DNA of 64,000 bases from positions 85,736 through 149,735 of IMG/VR virus record IMGVR_UViG_3300036773_000146; one strand, written 5' to 3'. Under the pieces are notes generated by a model that was not told the origin of the DNA, ran no database searches, and worked only from the letters and a program-made list of their open reading frames with translations. Position 1 is the first letter of the stretch. Each line of letters begins with the position of its first letter. The translations under genes and the position numbers were made by a program. Source of the stretch: a virus. Positions 9,331 through 18,979 of this stretch are shown piece after piece.

Positions 9331-10005
9331 TCACTTCTTGTCGCGCAGTTGCAGCGCGGCGGTGGCGCGGTCGCGCTTGGCGGCCTTGGCCAGCGCCTCG
9401 GCGCGGCCCGGGTTCTTCCGGATCCAGGCCAGCGTCGCGGCCTCGTCCAGGACGCGTCGCGGCGAGGTCATCTCCAGGTATTCCTGGTGGGTGATCTCGC
9501 CGTCCGCCTCCAGCTGGCGCAGGCCGTCCTCGCCGAGGTTCAGCGAGCCCAGGCGCGGCTCGCGCACGGCGTTGTGGTGGTCGCCCTCGATCACGCCCTC
9601 GGTGATCGCCCAGCCCTCCTTGGTGAAGAGGGTCTCCTCGGTGATCCGGCCGTTCGCGCGCTCGACCTCATCGAGGTGGTTGAACAGGGTGGCCTTGAGC
9701 TGTGCCTCGCTGACCTTCAGGGCCTTGGCGACCGGCTTGAGCGAGGCCAGCGCGCCGACCACAGCCTTCTGCTCGGCCGGAGAGAGCTGACGGTGGCCGT
9801 CGGGCAGGGCCAGATTCGCCAGCTGGCTGGCCAGGTCGAGCAGTGCAGCCGAGGACGCGTTCAGCTCCGGGCTCTGCGGCAGCGGCGTGGTGGGCGCCTT
9901 TTCCGCGACCGGCTCGGGCAGCGCGGCCTTGAGCACGTCGGAGACGGTGGCCTTTGGCTTGGCGAGGGCCAGGCTCACGGACGGGGTCGGGACGAGTTCG
10001 GACAT
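9331..10005 (-). CDS. Hypothetical protein
   Basis: AGGAGG RBS before MSELVP; high GC3. Confidence 0.7.
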   Translation of the reverse strand: MSELVPTPSVSLALAKPKATVSDVLKAALPEPVAEKAPTTPLPQSPELNASSAALLDLASQLANLALPDGHRQLSPAEQKAVVGALASLKPVAKALKVSEAQLKATLFNHLDEVERANGRITEETLFTKEGWAITEGVIEGDHHNAVREPRLGSLNLGEDGLRQLEADGEITHQEYLEMTSPRRVLDEAATLAWIRKNPGRAEALAKAAKRDRATAALQLRDKK

Positions 10006-10076
10006 CTGCGCCTCCTGTGCGGCTGTGGTGTCTGCCGAGTCAGCATAGCGCACTCACTCAGAATTTCAAGTGAGGG

Positions 10077-11663
10077 TCAGTAGCCCAGGATCTCGCGGCG
10101 GTCGGCGGCGGAGACGTAGTTCTCCTCGCCGCCCTCGGTAGTGAGTGCGTCGTGGTCGCGGTTGCGGGTCAGCACCTTGCGCACGATGCCCTCCTCCACG
10201 GTGTTCTCGGCGATCAGGGTGTAGCAGGTCACCGACGGGTGACCGGAGCCGATGCGGTGCACCCGGTTGATCCGCTGCTCGCGCAGGGCGAAGGTCAGGG
10301 CGCTCTCGTACTCGAACACGTAGGAGGCGTTCTGGAGGTTGAGCCCGCGCGCGGCCGCGTCGGAGGCCAGCAGGATCTCGGCGCCGCCGCTGATGAAGGT
10401 GTTCTTCGCCTGCTCGTTGACCGCGACCGAGTTGCCGCCGTGGTACTCGACCACGCCGAACCCGGCCGCACGCAGGTCGTCGCCGAGGGCCCGGAGCACG
10501 GACTGGCCGTAGAAGGTGAAGACGATCGTCTGCGCGCCCTGCCCCTTGATCAGCGGCTTGAGCCGGTTGATCAGCTCCACGGACTTGGACGAGGGGATCG
10601 CGCGCAGGGCCTGCTCGCCAAGCGTCTCCACGATCAGTTTCGAGACGTCGTTCCCGGCGTGCAGGTGGCTGGCCGGGTGACCGGCGGTCATCCGCAGGAC
10701 GGTGAAGGCGAGCTGCTCGGCCTGCTGCGCGGTCGGGCTGGAATAGTCGGGCGCGACCATCTCGGCGATGGCGTCGTAGAACTTCCGGTGCGCCTGGTCC
10801 AGCTCCACGTGGACGGCCTTCTCGACCTTCTGCGGGAACTGCGCGATGACGTCGGGGTCGGTCTTGTGCTTGATCAGCGCGTGCTGCTGGAAGACCTTGC
10901 CGAACCGGTCGCGGGCGTGCGGCTTGTAGCTGTACCGGCCGTACGGGTCACGGCCCCGGGTGTAGTCCTCCTCGAACGAGGCCACCGTGGGCATGGCGTC
11001 CGGGGTGAGGATCCGGGCGATGTTGTAGGCGTCCTCGATATCGGCCTCGGCCGGGGTTGCCGTCAGGCCGAAGGCCCGGACGTGGCCGGTCTTGCGCAGC
11101 TCGCCGAGGATGTAGGCGAACGCCTTGTGCCGCTGGGATCCCCGGCTCTTGAGCGCGGTCACCTCGTCGAAGATCACCATCACCCGCTGGCCGCGCAGGC
11201 TCAGGGTGTCCATCAGCGGGCCGTCGGCGAGCTTCTTGGACTTGCGGCCCGGCACCTCGACCAAGGCCGTCAGATCACGGCTCAGCGTCTCGTAGGTGGA
11301 CACCAGCACCCGGGGACTTCCGGCCTTGGCCAGTCGCTTCTGGCGGCCCTGGCCGTGATAGAGATGCGTGTCCAGCTTGGTGAACCGGGCGAAGTCGTCC
11401 CGCCAGTCGACGATCTTGTTCCGCTCGGCGGCGATGAGCACCAGGTCCACCGCGTCGTCCTCGAACAGCAGCGAGGCCAGGGCCATGCCGAAGATGGTCT
11501 TGCCGATGCCGGTGGACCACAGCACGGCCAGGCCCTGCTCGGCGCCCGGTTCGGTGCGCAGGTAGGCCTCGGCGATGTCGTCGATCTGGAACGGGAACAG
11601 GCCCAAGGGGCTGTGGAACAACGGACCCTCGGGCAGTGCCGACTCCACGGTGGACGCGGTCAC
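10077..11663 (-). CDS. SNF2-like superfamily 2 helicase
   Basis: STGIGKT, VSTYETL, IFDEV, GLTATP, AARGLNLQ, QRINRVHRIG. Confidence 0.88.
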   Translation of the reverse strand: MTASTVESALPEGPLFHSPLGLFPFQIDDIAEAYLRTEPGAEQGLAVLWSTGIGKTIFGMALASLLFEDDAVDLVLIAAERNKIVDWRDDFARFTKLDTHLYHGQGRQKRLAKAGSPRVLVSTYETLSRDLTALVEVPGRKSKKLADGPLMDTLSLRGQRVMVIFDEVTALKSRGSQRHKAFAYILGELRKTGHVRAFGLTATPAEADIEDAYNIARILTPDAMPTVASFEEDYTRGRDPYGRYSYKPHARDRFGKVFQQHALIKHKTDPDVIAQFPQKVEKAVHVELDQAHRKFYDAIAEMVAPDYSSPTAQQAEQLAFTVLRMTAGHPASHLHAGNDVSKLIVETLGEQALRAIPSSKSVELINRLKPLIKGQGAQTIVFTFYGQSVLRALGDDLRAAGFGVVEYHGGNSVAVNEQAKNTFISGGAEILLASDAAARGLNLQNASYVFEYESALTFALREQRINRVHRIGSGHPSVTCYTLIAENTVEEGIVRKVLTRNRDHDALTTEGGEENYVSAADRREILGY

Positions 11664-11953
11664 GCGGCCATTTCTCCGGACAGCGACAGCTCGTAGGTGA
11701 GGTTGCTGCCGTGCGCGCCGCCGGACACGTCGCGGATCACGATGACGAACTCGTCACGCAGCCACAGCTCGGCGAGGCCGCCACAGCGGGCCGGGACGTG
11801 GAAGCGGAAGGAGACGGCCTGGTCGGTGACCTCACGGTCGGCGGGGACCATGAGGGAGCCGGTGCGGACATACCACGGGCCCGGCTCGTACAGAGCGCGC
11901 TCCAGAGCGTGGATCTTGGTGATCGCTCGGGAGACCGCGAGTTCGATCGCCAT
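11660..11953 (-). CDS. Hypothetical protein
   Basis: MAIELAVSR start preceded by AGGAAGG; overlaps the helicase start. Confidence 0.55.
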   Translation of the reverse strand: MAIELAVSRAITKIHALERALYEPGPWYVRTGSLMVPADREVTDQAVSFRFHVPARCGGLAELWLRDEFVIVIRDVSGGAHGSNLTYELSLSGEMAA

Positions 11954-12092
11954 GCCGACCTTCCTGAGGTAGGAGTTCCCACCGCTATTCTCGCAGATGG
12001 CGGCCCTATTCTCAAGATATGAAGGCTCTATTCCCACGTTAATGACTGACGCAGTCGGGCCAAGTATTGGGATTCTGGATAGTCGATCACAC

Positions 12093-12130
12093 ACGAAGGG
12101 CCGCCCCTCCTCAGAGAGACGGCCCTTCGT
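12093..12130. terminator. Hairpin downstream of the lysis cassette
   Basis: ACGAAGGGCCG...CGGCCCTTCGT inverted repeat. Confidence 0.6.
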
Positions 12131-12227
12131 GATCACACTCCCCCGCTGGCAGATCGTGATGATCTTACCTGCCGCAGCGGTGCACCGAACCTCGGGGGTC
12201 TGCGGACTTCGGGTGTTGCCAAGGATC

Positions 12228-12596
12228 TTACTGGGCGTTGCCGTTCGCATCGACCGGGGCGGTCACCTGTGTGCGCAGGTAGAAGGCGACCCCGGCTTCC
12301 ACGAGCACCATGATCCCGGACTGCACGTCGATCGAGAAGTGGAAATGCAGGGCCAGCGCCAGCGCGAGCAGCGCCTTGATGATGCCCGCGACCAGCGGCG
12401 CCGCCTTGTCCTTGGACACGGCCAGTGCGGTGAGGAAGGCGAACGCGGCGGTGAGGACCGCCAGGATCGCGCCGGTGAGGTCCACCGACAGGTGCAGCAG
12501 CGGAGTCAGGAAGATCAGCAGGCCGGAGGCGAGGGCCAGCCACTGGACGGGCTCGCGACCGAACAGCTTGATCGTGGGCAGGGTGGGGGCGGTCAT
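12228..12596 (-). CDS. Holin
   Basis: 122 aa with about 4 hydrophobic helices; FGREPV...RTQVT actinophage holin pattern; directly follows the endolysin. Confidence 0.8.
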   Translation of the reverse strand: MTAPTLPTIKLFGREPVQWLALASGLLIFLTPLLHLSVDLTGAILAVLTAAFAFLTALAVSKDKAAPLVAGIIKALLALALALHFHFSIDVQSGIMVLVEAGVAFYLRTQVTAPVDANGNAQ

Positions 12597-12610
12597 CGTG
12601 GGGGGTCCCT

Positions 12611-13636
12611 TCAGGCGTTCTTGCGGTGGAGCGCGGCCTTGCCGCGCACGTCGTGGGTGACGTTGCCCTGGGCGTCGACCGGGTTGGCCAGCGACCAGTT
12701 GACCTCGGCGCCGATGACCTCGCCCTGGGCGCGAGCCAGGGTCAGGCCGTTGTTGCCCTTGCCGTCGTCGCCGACGCTCCACGGCCGGTCGGCGTCGACC
12801 CGCTGCGAGCCGGACGTGGTCCAGCGCCAGGAGACGCCGGTGGCCGGGCTGCGGCCGAAGAAGGCCACCTTGGTGATGGTGACGCTGGACCAGGGAACCT
12901 GGATGATCAGCTCGTCGGCGGCCGGATCGACGTCCAGGATCACCGACCCTGCGGGAGTCGGGTACAGCTCCGCACTGTCCATGTCGGGAACGCCTTTCTT
13001 GGTGGGGGTTACCGGAGTGGAGCCGCCACCGCCGGAGAAGGGGTTGATGATCAGGATGCGGTCGGTCTGGATGCCGCCGACGAGGGGCTGGATGTTGTTG
13101 TCCTGCCACCCGTTGACCCAGCTGCGCACGGCCGAGCGGCCCCCGCACTGCACGAAGAAGTTCACGTGCCCGCGCGCGGCGTCGGCCGCGTCGGAGAAGC
13201 CGTAGCCGCCCGCGCGGTCGCCGAGCACGGAGACCGCGCCGTCGAGGTAGGCCTGCCAGGAGGCCACCGGGATCGTGACGTTCGGCGGGTTGTAGAGCCA
13301 CCGATCGGCGCACATCAGGATCTTGCCGGTGAAGCCGAGGTAGTTCGCCCCGGCCAGGGCCCGGCGTGCGTACGCCTGGCCCTGCGCATAGCCGCCGAGC
13401 GGGTCGTTGGTGGAGACCTCCATGAACATCGCGGGCATCGCCACTCCGGCCGCTTGCAGCGACTGGTACTCGGCCCGGGTGACGTGCTTGGTGCGCACCA
13501 GGGACGGGTTGGTGATGTCGTCGATGTAGCGCAGGGCGCCGGTGGCGCGCTCGCCGTTGGGGCCGACCGCCGCGTTGACGACGGTCGGACCGCTCAGGTG
13601 ACCGGCGCTGTAGTCGATGTACCAGGTATCGGCCAT
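12611..13636 (-). CDS. Endolysin, DUF1906/GH25-like glycoside hydrolase
   Basis: IDYS, GALRYI, TKHVTRAEY, YLDGAVSVLG..RAGGYG, followed by a linker and C-terminal domain; next to the holin. Confidence 0.75.
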   Translation of the reverse strand: MADTWYIDYSAGHLSGPTVVNAAVGPNGERATGALRYIDDITNPSLVRTKHVTRAEYQSLQAAGVAMPAMFMEVSTNDPLGGYAQGQAYARRALAGANYLGFTGKILMCADRWLYNPPNVTIPVASWQAYLDGAVSVLGDRAGGYGFSDAADAARGHVNFFVQCGGRSAVRSWVNGWQDNNIQPLVGGIQTDRILIINPFSGGGGSTPVTPTKKGVPDMDSAELYPTPAGSVILDVDPAADELIIQVPWSSVTITKVAFFGRSPATGVSWRWTTSGSQRVDADRPWSVGDDGKGNNGLTLARAQGEVIGAEVNWSLANPVDAQGNVTHDVRGKAALHRKNA

Positions 13637-13637
13637 G

Positions 13638-14570
13638 TCAGAGCCCCTTGGTGTGGAGCCACTTCCTGGCTTCGTCGGCCACCAGGTGTGCCTGACCGAA
13701 GTGGTGCTCGGCCACCCACGGCTTCAGTGCGGCCGCCAGCCGCCGGTCGGCCTCGTCGCCGGGCTTGGGTGCCGGGACGGGCGCGGGACCCGGAGCAGGT
13801 GCCGGGCTCGGCAGCGGCAGCGCCTTGCCGGTCAGTTCCTGGTAGGCCTGCCCCAGGGCGGTGAGGTCGATGCCCTGCTCGAAGGCCGTGGTGCCCAGGT
13901 GCTCGGGCCAGATGACCACCCAGGCCTCCTGGACCTGGTTGCTCCAGAACGCGTTGGTGGCCTCGAACTTCTCCGCCCAGCTGATCAGGGCGACGTCGTC
14001 GGCGTCGTAGCCGAAGACGGGGACCGCGTGGCCGCCCCAGTCGCCCGAGCCCGAGACGTAGTCCCAGGTGCCGGTCTGGTTCTGCTGGGCCGTGGAAAGG
14101 TCCACGCCGAGCAGCAGCGAGCCGAAGATGGCCACGGCCGCGCGGATCTCGTCGGTCTTGGTCACGTCGACCTTGGCGAAGGCCAGGGCCTTGGTGCCCG
14201 CGATGCCGCCGGAGTGGACGGCTTCGAGCATGGTCTGCATGTCGACGCCCTGGTCACCGGGACCCTCGGGGTCGGCCGGGTCGAAGTCCGGGTTGCCCGA
14301 CCGCTTGTACAGGTCGAACACGTCGGTCTGGGTGGGCGAGACCTGCGTACCGGTCAGGTACTTGGTGACCTGGCGGCGGTCGTTGGCCACCGAGGTGGGT
14401 CCACAGTCGCCGTAGGTGTCGTTGTCGTAGAGGCCGTAGGTCGCTTTCGAGAGGTAGTCGACCGAGGCCGGATGCGCCGGGACCGCGCCGGTGAGGAACG
14501 CGCTCAGCTTCAGGGCCGGGGCGTTCTTCGGTGCGCGGCGGCCCAGCTTGCGGGCGGCGGTGTTCGTCAT
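13638..14570 (-). CDS. Papain-like cysteine peptidase
   Basis: NDTYGDCG (Cys), WGGHAVPVFGYD (His), ISW; Pro-rich linker. Confidence 0.7.
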   Translation of the reverse strand: MTNTAARKLGRRAPKNAPALKLSAFLTGAVPAHPASVDYLSKATYGLYDNDTYGDCGPTSVANDRRQVTKYLTGTQVSPTQTDVFDLYKRSGNPDFDPADPEGPGDQGVDMQTMLEAVHSGGIAGTKALAFAKVDVTKTDEIRAAVAIFGSLLLGVDLSTAQQNQTGTWDYVSGSGDWGGHAVPVFGYDADDVALISWAEKFEATNAFWSNQVQEAWVVIWPEHLGTTAFEQGIDLTALGQAYQELTGKALPLPSPAPAPGPAPVPAPKPGDEADRRLAAALKPWVAEHHFGQAHLVADEARKWLHTKGL

Positions 14571-14653
14571 GGTGGCAGTGCTCCCTTCCGTGGATTGGGG
14601 AGCGCAGACATGCCCGGCGACCGGGAACCGGGATGATCTACCGCGACCTTGAC

Positions 14654-14681
14654 TTGCCCACAATGAGCCACCGTGTACAGT
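14654..14681 (+). promoter_or_regulatory. Putative SigA-type promoter for a near-leaderless HTH gene
   Basis: TTGCCC-N16-TACAGT, 8 nt before the ATG at 14690; no RBS seen. Confidence 0.4.
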
Positions 14682-14689
14682 CATGAACC

Positions 14690-14881
14690 ATGACGGTAGA
14701 AATTGACGAATGGATGACGCGGCCGGAGGTGGCTCGATACTTCCGCGTGAGCATCGCGACCATCAAGCGCTGGGAGAAGACCCAGCTCCCGGTCTATCAC
14801 GTCGCCGAGCACACGGTTCGCTACAAAAGGGACGATGTGCTCGCGCTGGCCAAGCGCACCGCACCGGCCTCGACGGAGTAG
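14690..14881 (+). CDS. Excisionase/AlpA-like HTH protein
   Basis: WMTRPEVARYFRVSIATIKRWE...VRYKRDDV. Confidence 0.85.
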   Translation: MTVEIDEWMTRPEVARYFRVSIATIKRWEKTQLPVYHVAEHTVRYKRDDVLALAKRTAPASTE

Positions 14882-14884
14882 CTG

Positions 14885-16180
14885 ATGAGCGCACGCCCTT
14901 TCCGGGCGATGCACTGGGCCGACGACATGCCCCCGATCCGCAACGACAAGGGGCACGTGGATCTGCTCGCGCATCGCGTGCTCGGCCACCTCGCGCGCCG
15001 GGCCAACAACGAGACCCTCCAGGCGTGGCCGACGGTCCAGCAAATGGCCATCCGCACCGGCTTCGAGCGCCGGGAGATCCGGCGCGCCCTGATGACCCTG
15101 GAGAAGCTGGGCATCATCGTCGACTACGGCGAGGCTGACAGCGGCGCCACGATCTGGTTTCTCGCCCTGAGCGAGCCCGGCCCGGTGGAGCATCTCCAGA
15201 TGCTCGAAGCCCAGCGGACGGCCATTCTCACGAAATCCAACGCCGAACGGCAGTCGCGGCACCGCGCCCGCCGTAACAGCACTGGCGGCGTTACGGCGCA
15301 TCCCGAGCCTGCGACCAGCGAGAGTAACAGCGGAGGCCCCGTTACAGTCCCTAAGGCTCCTGCGCCGAGTAACAGCGAGGAGCCCGTTATGTCACAGCGA
15401 GGAGCCCGTTACGTAACAGCGGAGACCCCGTTACGTAACGCCGCCAGTGCACCCCTAACTACTAAGGCTCAACTGCCCATGGTTGAACTACCCACGGTTG
15501 AACTGCCCACCCCCGCCGACCGCTCAGCCCATCCGACCGAGGAGGCACCCCGCATGCTGAGGAACTTCAACGGGTACCGGCCACCCGAGGAACCGGCCAA
15601 GCCAACCAAGTCCCGGACGAGCCCGCCCACCGACGACCCGGACTTCGACCGGGCCTGGGAGTTGTACGGCTACAAGACCGGGCGCGTGGCTGCGATCAAG
15701 AAGTGGGCCCAGGCGATGAAGATCGTGGACGCTGAGACGATCATCGCCGCCATCCCGGCCTACGTGGCCATCTCCCGCCTGCCCAAAGAGCCCGAGCGCA
15801 AGGGCGTGACCATCCGGGCACACTTCGCCACCTGGCTGCACGGCCAGCGCTGGGAGGACGAGATCGAACCGCCGAGGAAGGGCTATCAGGGCCAAGCCGG
15901 GTCCGACGCCCGGCCGCGCCAGGAGTACGAGGACGACACCAAGCACCTTCCGGTCCCGGCGCTCATGCGCAAGAGCCCGTTCATCCTCAACCGGCAGGGC
16001 TGCTACGCGTGGTACTGGTACTGGAACCGCGACCAGGCCGACTGGGACCTGGACCAGCTGATCGCCTTCGGGAACACCCCCGACGACGCGCGGGTTCTCC
16101 ACGAGGTCTTCCGCACCGGACCCCGCGAGGGCTGGGCCGATCTGCTGGCCACCGTCAACATCGAAATGGAACGCCCGTGA
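14885..16180 (+). CDS. Replication initiator (N-terminal wHTH, internal iterons)
   Basis: AWPTVQQMAIRTG..RREIRRALMTLEKLG wHTH; NAERQSRHR; FDRAWELY..K.G...A...W and HFATWLHGQRWED C-terminal motifs; followed by a DnaC-like gene. Confidence 0.8.
   Translation: MSARPFRAMHWADDMPPIRNDKGHVDLLAHRVLGHLARRANNETLQAWPTVQQMAIRTGFERREIRRALMTLEKLGIIVDYGEADSGATIWFLALSEPGPVEHLQMLEAQRTAILTKSNAERQSRHRARRNSTGGVTAHPEPATSESNSGGPVTVPKAPAPSNSEEPVMSQRGARYVTAETPLRNAASAPLTTKAQLPMVELPTVELPTPADRSAHPTEEAPRMLRNFNGYRPPEEPAKPTKSRTSPPTDDPDFDRAWELYGYKTGRVAAIKKWAQAMKIVDAETIIAAIPAYVAISRLPKEPERKGVTIRAHFATWLHGQRWEDEIEPPRKGYQGQAGSDARPRQEYEDDTKHLPVPALMRKSPFILNRQGCYAWYWYWNRDQADWDLDQLIAFGNTPDDARVLHEVFRTGPREGWADLLATVNIEMERP
15273..15510. 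repeat. Iteron array, putative replication origin
   Basis: Five 22-bp GTAAC-N12-GTTAC units at 15273, 15324, 15369, 15391 and 15413 (the third and fourth have one mismatch each), an inverted partial copy at 15435, then about 3 copies of a 15-bp (GGTTG)AACTRCCCAY repeat. Confidence 0.8.
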
Positions 16181-16899
16181 CCGACATCTTGCAGACCAAG
16201 TTCGTCACGATCCTCCCGGAGGACGTGTACCCGGACTTCGACATCGACAACGAGCCGGATCCCGGCCCGCATTTCGATCCGGCCACCGGCGAGCACTCAC
16301 CCGCGTACCTGGCCGATCGTGACCTGTGGGGCCTGGTGCGCCGGTACATCCGGATGCACTCGCGCAAGTACGTGCCCGAGCCGGAGTCGTACTCGATGCC
16401 CGAGCCGGTGCATGCCTGGGCCGAACGCTTCTGCACTGGAGAGCTGAGCGAGAAGCCGGTGCTGCTGCTGTACGGCCCCGTCGGGGTAGGCAAGACCTAC
16501 TCGGCCAGCGCCCTGGCCTGCTACCTCGGTGCCTTCTGGCCGAAGATGTTCTTCACCGACGCGCCGACGATCGTGTTCAAGACCGCCAGCGTGCTGCTGC
16601 GCGAACTGAAGAACTTCAGCGCGAGCGAGAGCCGGGACCGGGCGGGCTTCGAGGTGACCCGGGCCAAGGTGCTGGTGGTCGACGACCTGACCCGATTCAA
16701 GGTCACCGACTACGACATGGAATCCCTGGGCGAAGTGATCGACTACCGGAACCAGCATGGCCAGCCGACGGTCATCACGATCAACAACATCACGAACCTG
16801 CCCGATCAGCTGCCCGAGATGCTGCCGGAGTTCCTGGCCAGCCGCCTGCTCGCGGGATACTCGATCCCGATCTTCGGCCCGGATCGGCGGCGATCCTGA
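16177..16899 (+). CDS. DnaC/IstB-like AAA+ ATPase (helicase loader)
   Basis: GPVGVGKT, VLVVDDL, IDYR...PTVITIN, ASRL; GTGA overlap with the initiator gene. Confidence 0.88.
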   Translation: MTDILQTKFVTILPEDVYPDFDIDNEPDPGPHFDPATGEHSPAYLADRDLWGLVRRYIRMHSRKYVPEPESYSMPEPVHAWAERFCTGELSEKPVLLLYGPVGVGKTYSASALACYLGAFWPKMFFTDAPTIVFKTASVLLRELKNFSASESRDRAGFEVTRAKVLVVDDLTRFKVTDYDMESLGEVIDYRNQHGQPTVITINNITNLPDQLPEMLPEFLASRLLAGYSIPIFGPDRRRS

Positions 16900-16901
16900 G
16901 G

Positions 16902-16931
16902 TGGACAGCGAACTACCCGTTCTGGTAGTCT
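16902..16931 (+). promoter_or_regulatory. Putative promoter for dinG
   Basis: TGGACA-N18-TAGTCT with an extended TG; GGAGG RBS downstream. Confidence 0.4.
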
Positions 16932-16962
16932 CATCTTACCAGCCCGCACCGGAGGGAAAATC

Positions 16963-18924
16963 ATGATCACTTGGGCCGAATTCGAGTTGCTCTGCGAGCA
17001 GCAGATGCCGGGCTACGAGCCCCGTCCGCAGCAGCGCAAGCTGGCCACGGCGATCGAGGACTCCCTCGCCACCGGAGAGGTCATCATCGGCCAGGGCGGC
17101 ACCGGCGTGGGCAAGTCCTTCGCCAACCTGGTCCCGGCCGTGGCGCACAGCAAGCTCACGAAGCAGCCGGTCATCGTCTCCACGGCCACCAAGGCCCTCC
17201 AGTCGCAGTACGCGAACCAGGATGTGCCCCGGCTCCAGGAGATGCTCTCCGAGGAGGATGGCGTTCCGGGCTTCACCGCAGCCGTGGTCAAGGGCCGGGC
17301 CTCGTTCGTCTGCCACCAGAAGCTCAAGGAGCTGACCCCGGGCGACGTCGAGCGGATCGAGCAGCTGCGCGCCGAGGTGACCGTCGCGGGTCACACCGGC
17401 GACCTGGACGACGTCACGACCCCGTTGCAGCCCTACGAGCGCGGCAAGGTCGTCACCAGCTCCGACGAGTGCCCCGGCAAGCGCGACTGCCCGTTCGGCG
17501 ACATCTGCTTCGCCGAGGCAGCCAAGGCCCGCGCCCATTCGGCCAACATCGTGATCGTCAACCACGCGGCCCTGATCACCGACCTGAAGCTCAAGATGGA
17601 GACCGACGGCAAGGCGGGCATGCTGCCCGACGCGTCGGCCGTGGTCATCGACGAGTCGCACGAGCTGAGCAACTACGCGACCAACACCCTGGGCGGCGAG
17701 GTCACCCACCGGGGGATCAAAAACGTCACGGGCGAGGTGGCCAACCTGACCGGTCCGGCCGGTGGCCCGGCCGTCGGCGCAGTCCTGCATGCCGCCGAGG
17801 AGTTGTTCGGCCACCTGGGCAACCTGGTGCAGCGCGAGCGCACGGTGAAGCTCACCGACGAGGCCATCCTGGCCGCTGAGAACGTCATTGCGGGCTTCCT
17901 GGGCGCCATGGCGGGTCTGCACCGGGTCGTGGTGGGTTTCCCCGTCCACGGCGACGACAACGCCGCGATGAAGCGCAAGCGGCTGATGAAGAAGACCAGC
18001 GCCCTGTCGGGCAAGCTTTCCGAGATCATCACCGCCGACCCGGAGGACATGGTCCGCTGGATCGAGTCCGACGAGAAGCGCGGTGTGCTGCTCAAGTACG
18101 CGCCCCTGCACGTCGGCCCGTTCCTGCGCGAGATGATCTGGAACCGGACGCCCGCCGTGCTCACCTCGGCGACCGTGGCGATCGGCTCGGACTTCTCCTT
18201 CGTGGCCGAGCAGCACGGCATCGACGAGTACAACGCGGTCGACGCCGGAACCCCGTTCGACTACCCGAAGCAGGCCCGGCTGTACGTGCCCAAGGGCTGC
18301 GTGCCGGACGCGGCAGGCCGGGGCAACTGGGAGATGCAGTTGCAGATCACCGCCAGCGAGCTGATCCCGGCGGCGGGCGGCCGGACGTTGCTGCTGTTCA
18401 GCTCGCGGACGTCGATGAACACCGCGCACCGCACCCTGACTCCGATGCTGCGCAAGCGCGGCTTCACCATCCTGAAGCAGGGCGAGGACACCACCAAGGC
18501 CCTGGCGGCGAAGTTCAAGGCCGACGAGTCGTCGGTCCTGTTCGGGCTGGCCTCGTTCGGCACCGGTTTCGACGTGCAGGGCGACGCGCTGCGACTGGTC
18601 ATCATCGACAAGATGCCGTTCCCGGTGCCGACCGACGTGATCTTCAAGGCCCGCTGCGAGGCGATCGACAAGCACGCCCGGGGCTGGAACGACGGGGCGT
18701 TCATGAAGCTCTCGGTGCCGATGATGGCACTGTCGCTGTTGCAGTGGGCCGGTCGGCTGATCCGCTCGACCGGTGATGAGGGCCTGCTGGTGATCATGGA
18801 TTCACGGCTGGACACCAAGGGCTACGGCAAGAAGGTCCGCGCCGCCCTCCCGGCCGCCGGTCGGCTCGGCAACCTCGGCGAGGCCGTGGACTACCTGGAA
18901 GAGCTTTCCTCCCGCCGCGACTAG
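16963..18924 (+). CDS. dinG: DinG/YoaA family ATP-dependent helicase
   Basis: GGTGVGKS, STATKALQSQ, KGRASFVC, Fe-S cysteines, VNHA, IDESH, LTSAT, IIDKMPFP, QWAGRLIR. Confidence 0.92.
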   Translation: MITWAEFELLCEQQMPGYEPRPQQRKLATAIEDSLATGEVIIGQGGTGVGKSFANLVPAVAHSKLTKQPVIVSTATKALQSQYANQDVPRLQEMLSEEDGVPGFTAAVVKGRASFVCHQKLKELTPGDVERIEQLRAEVTVAGHTGDLDDVTTPLQPYERGKVVTSSDECPGKRDCPFGDICFAEAAKARAHSANIVIVNHAALITDLKLKMETDGKAGMLPDASAVVIDESHELSNYATNTLGGEVTHRGIKNVTGEVANLTGPAGGPAVGAVLHAAEELFGHLGNLVQRERTVKLTDEAILAAENVIAGFLGAMAGLHRVVVGFPVHGDDNAAMKRKRLMKKTSALSGKLSEIITADPEDMVRWIESDEKRGVLLKYAPLHVGPFLREMIWNRTPAVLTSATVAIGSDFSFVAEQHGIDEYNAVDAGTPFDYPKQARLYVPKGCVPDAAGRGNWEMQLQITASELIPAAGGRTLLLFSSRTSMNTAHRTLTPMLRKRGFTILKQGEDTTKALAAKFKADESSVLFGLASFGTGFDVQGDALRLVIIDKMPFPVPTDVIFKARCEAIDKHARGWNDGAFMKLSVPMMALSLLQWAGRLIRSTGDEGLLVIMDSRLDTKGYGKKVRAALPAAGRLGNLGEAVDYLEELSSRRD

Positions 18925-18936
18925 CAGGAGGATGCG

Positions 18937-18976
18937 AGACGAGACCCCCGCGACCGGTGAGCGCGGGGGTCTCGTC
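18937..18976. terminator. Hairpin between convergent operons
   Basis: GACGAGACCCCCGCG...CGCGGGGGTCTCGTC. Confidence 0.75.
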
Positions 18977-18979
18977 GTC

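Noticed and set aside
15273-15450. Possible CRISPR-like array
   Set aside because: Units are adjacent or irregularly spaced inside a CDS, lack unique spacers, and no cas genes are present; iterons explain them better.
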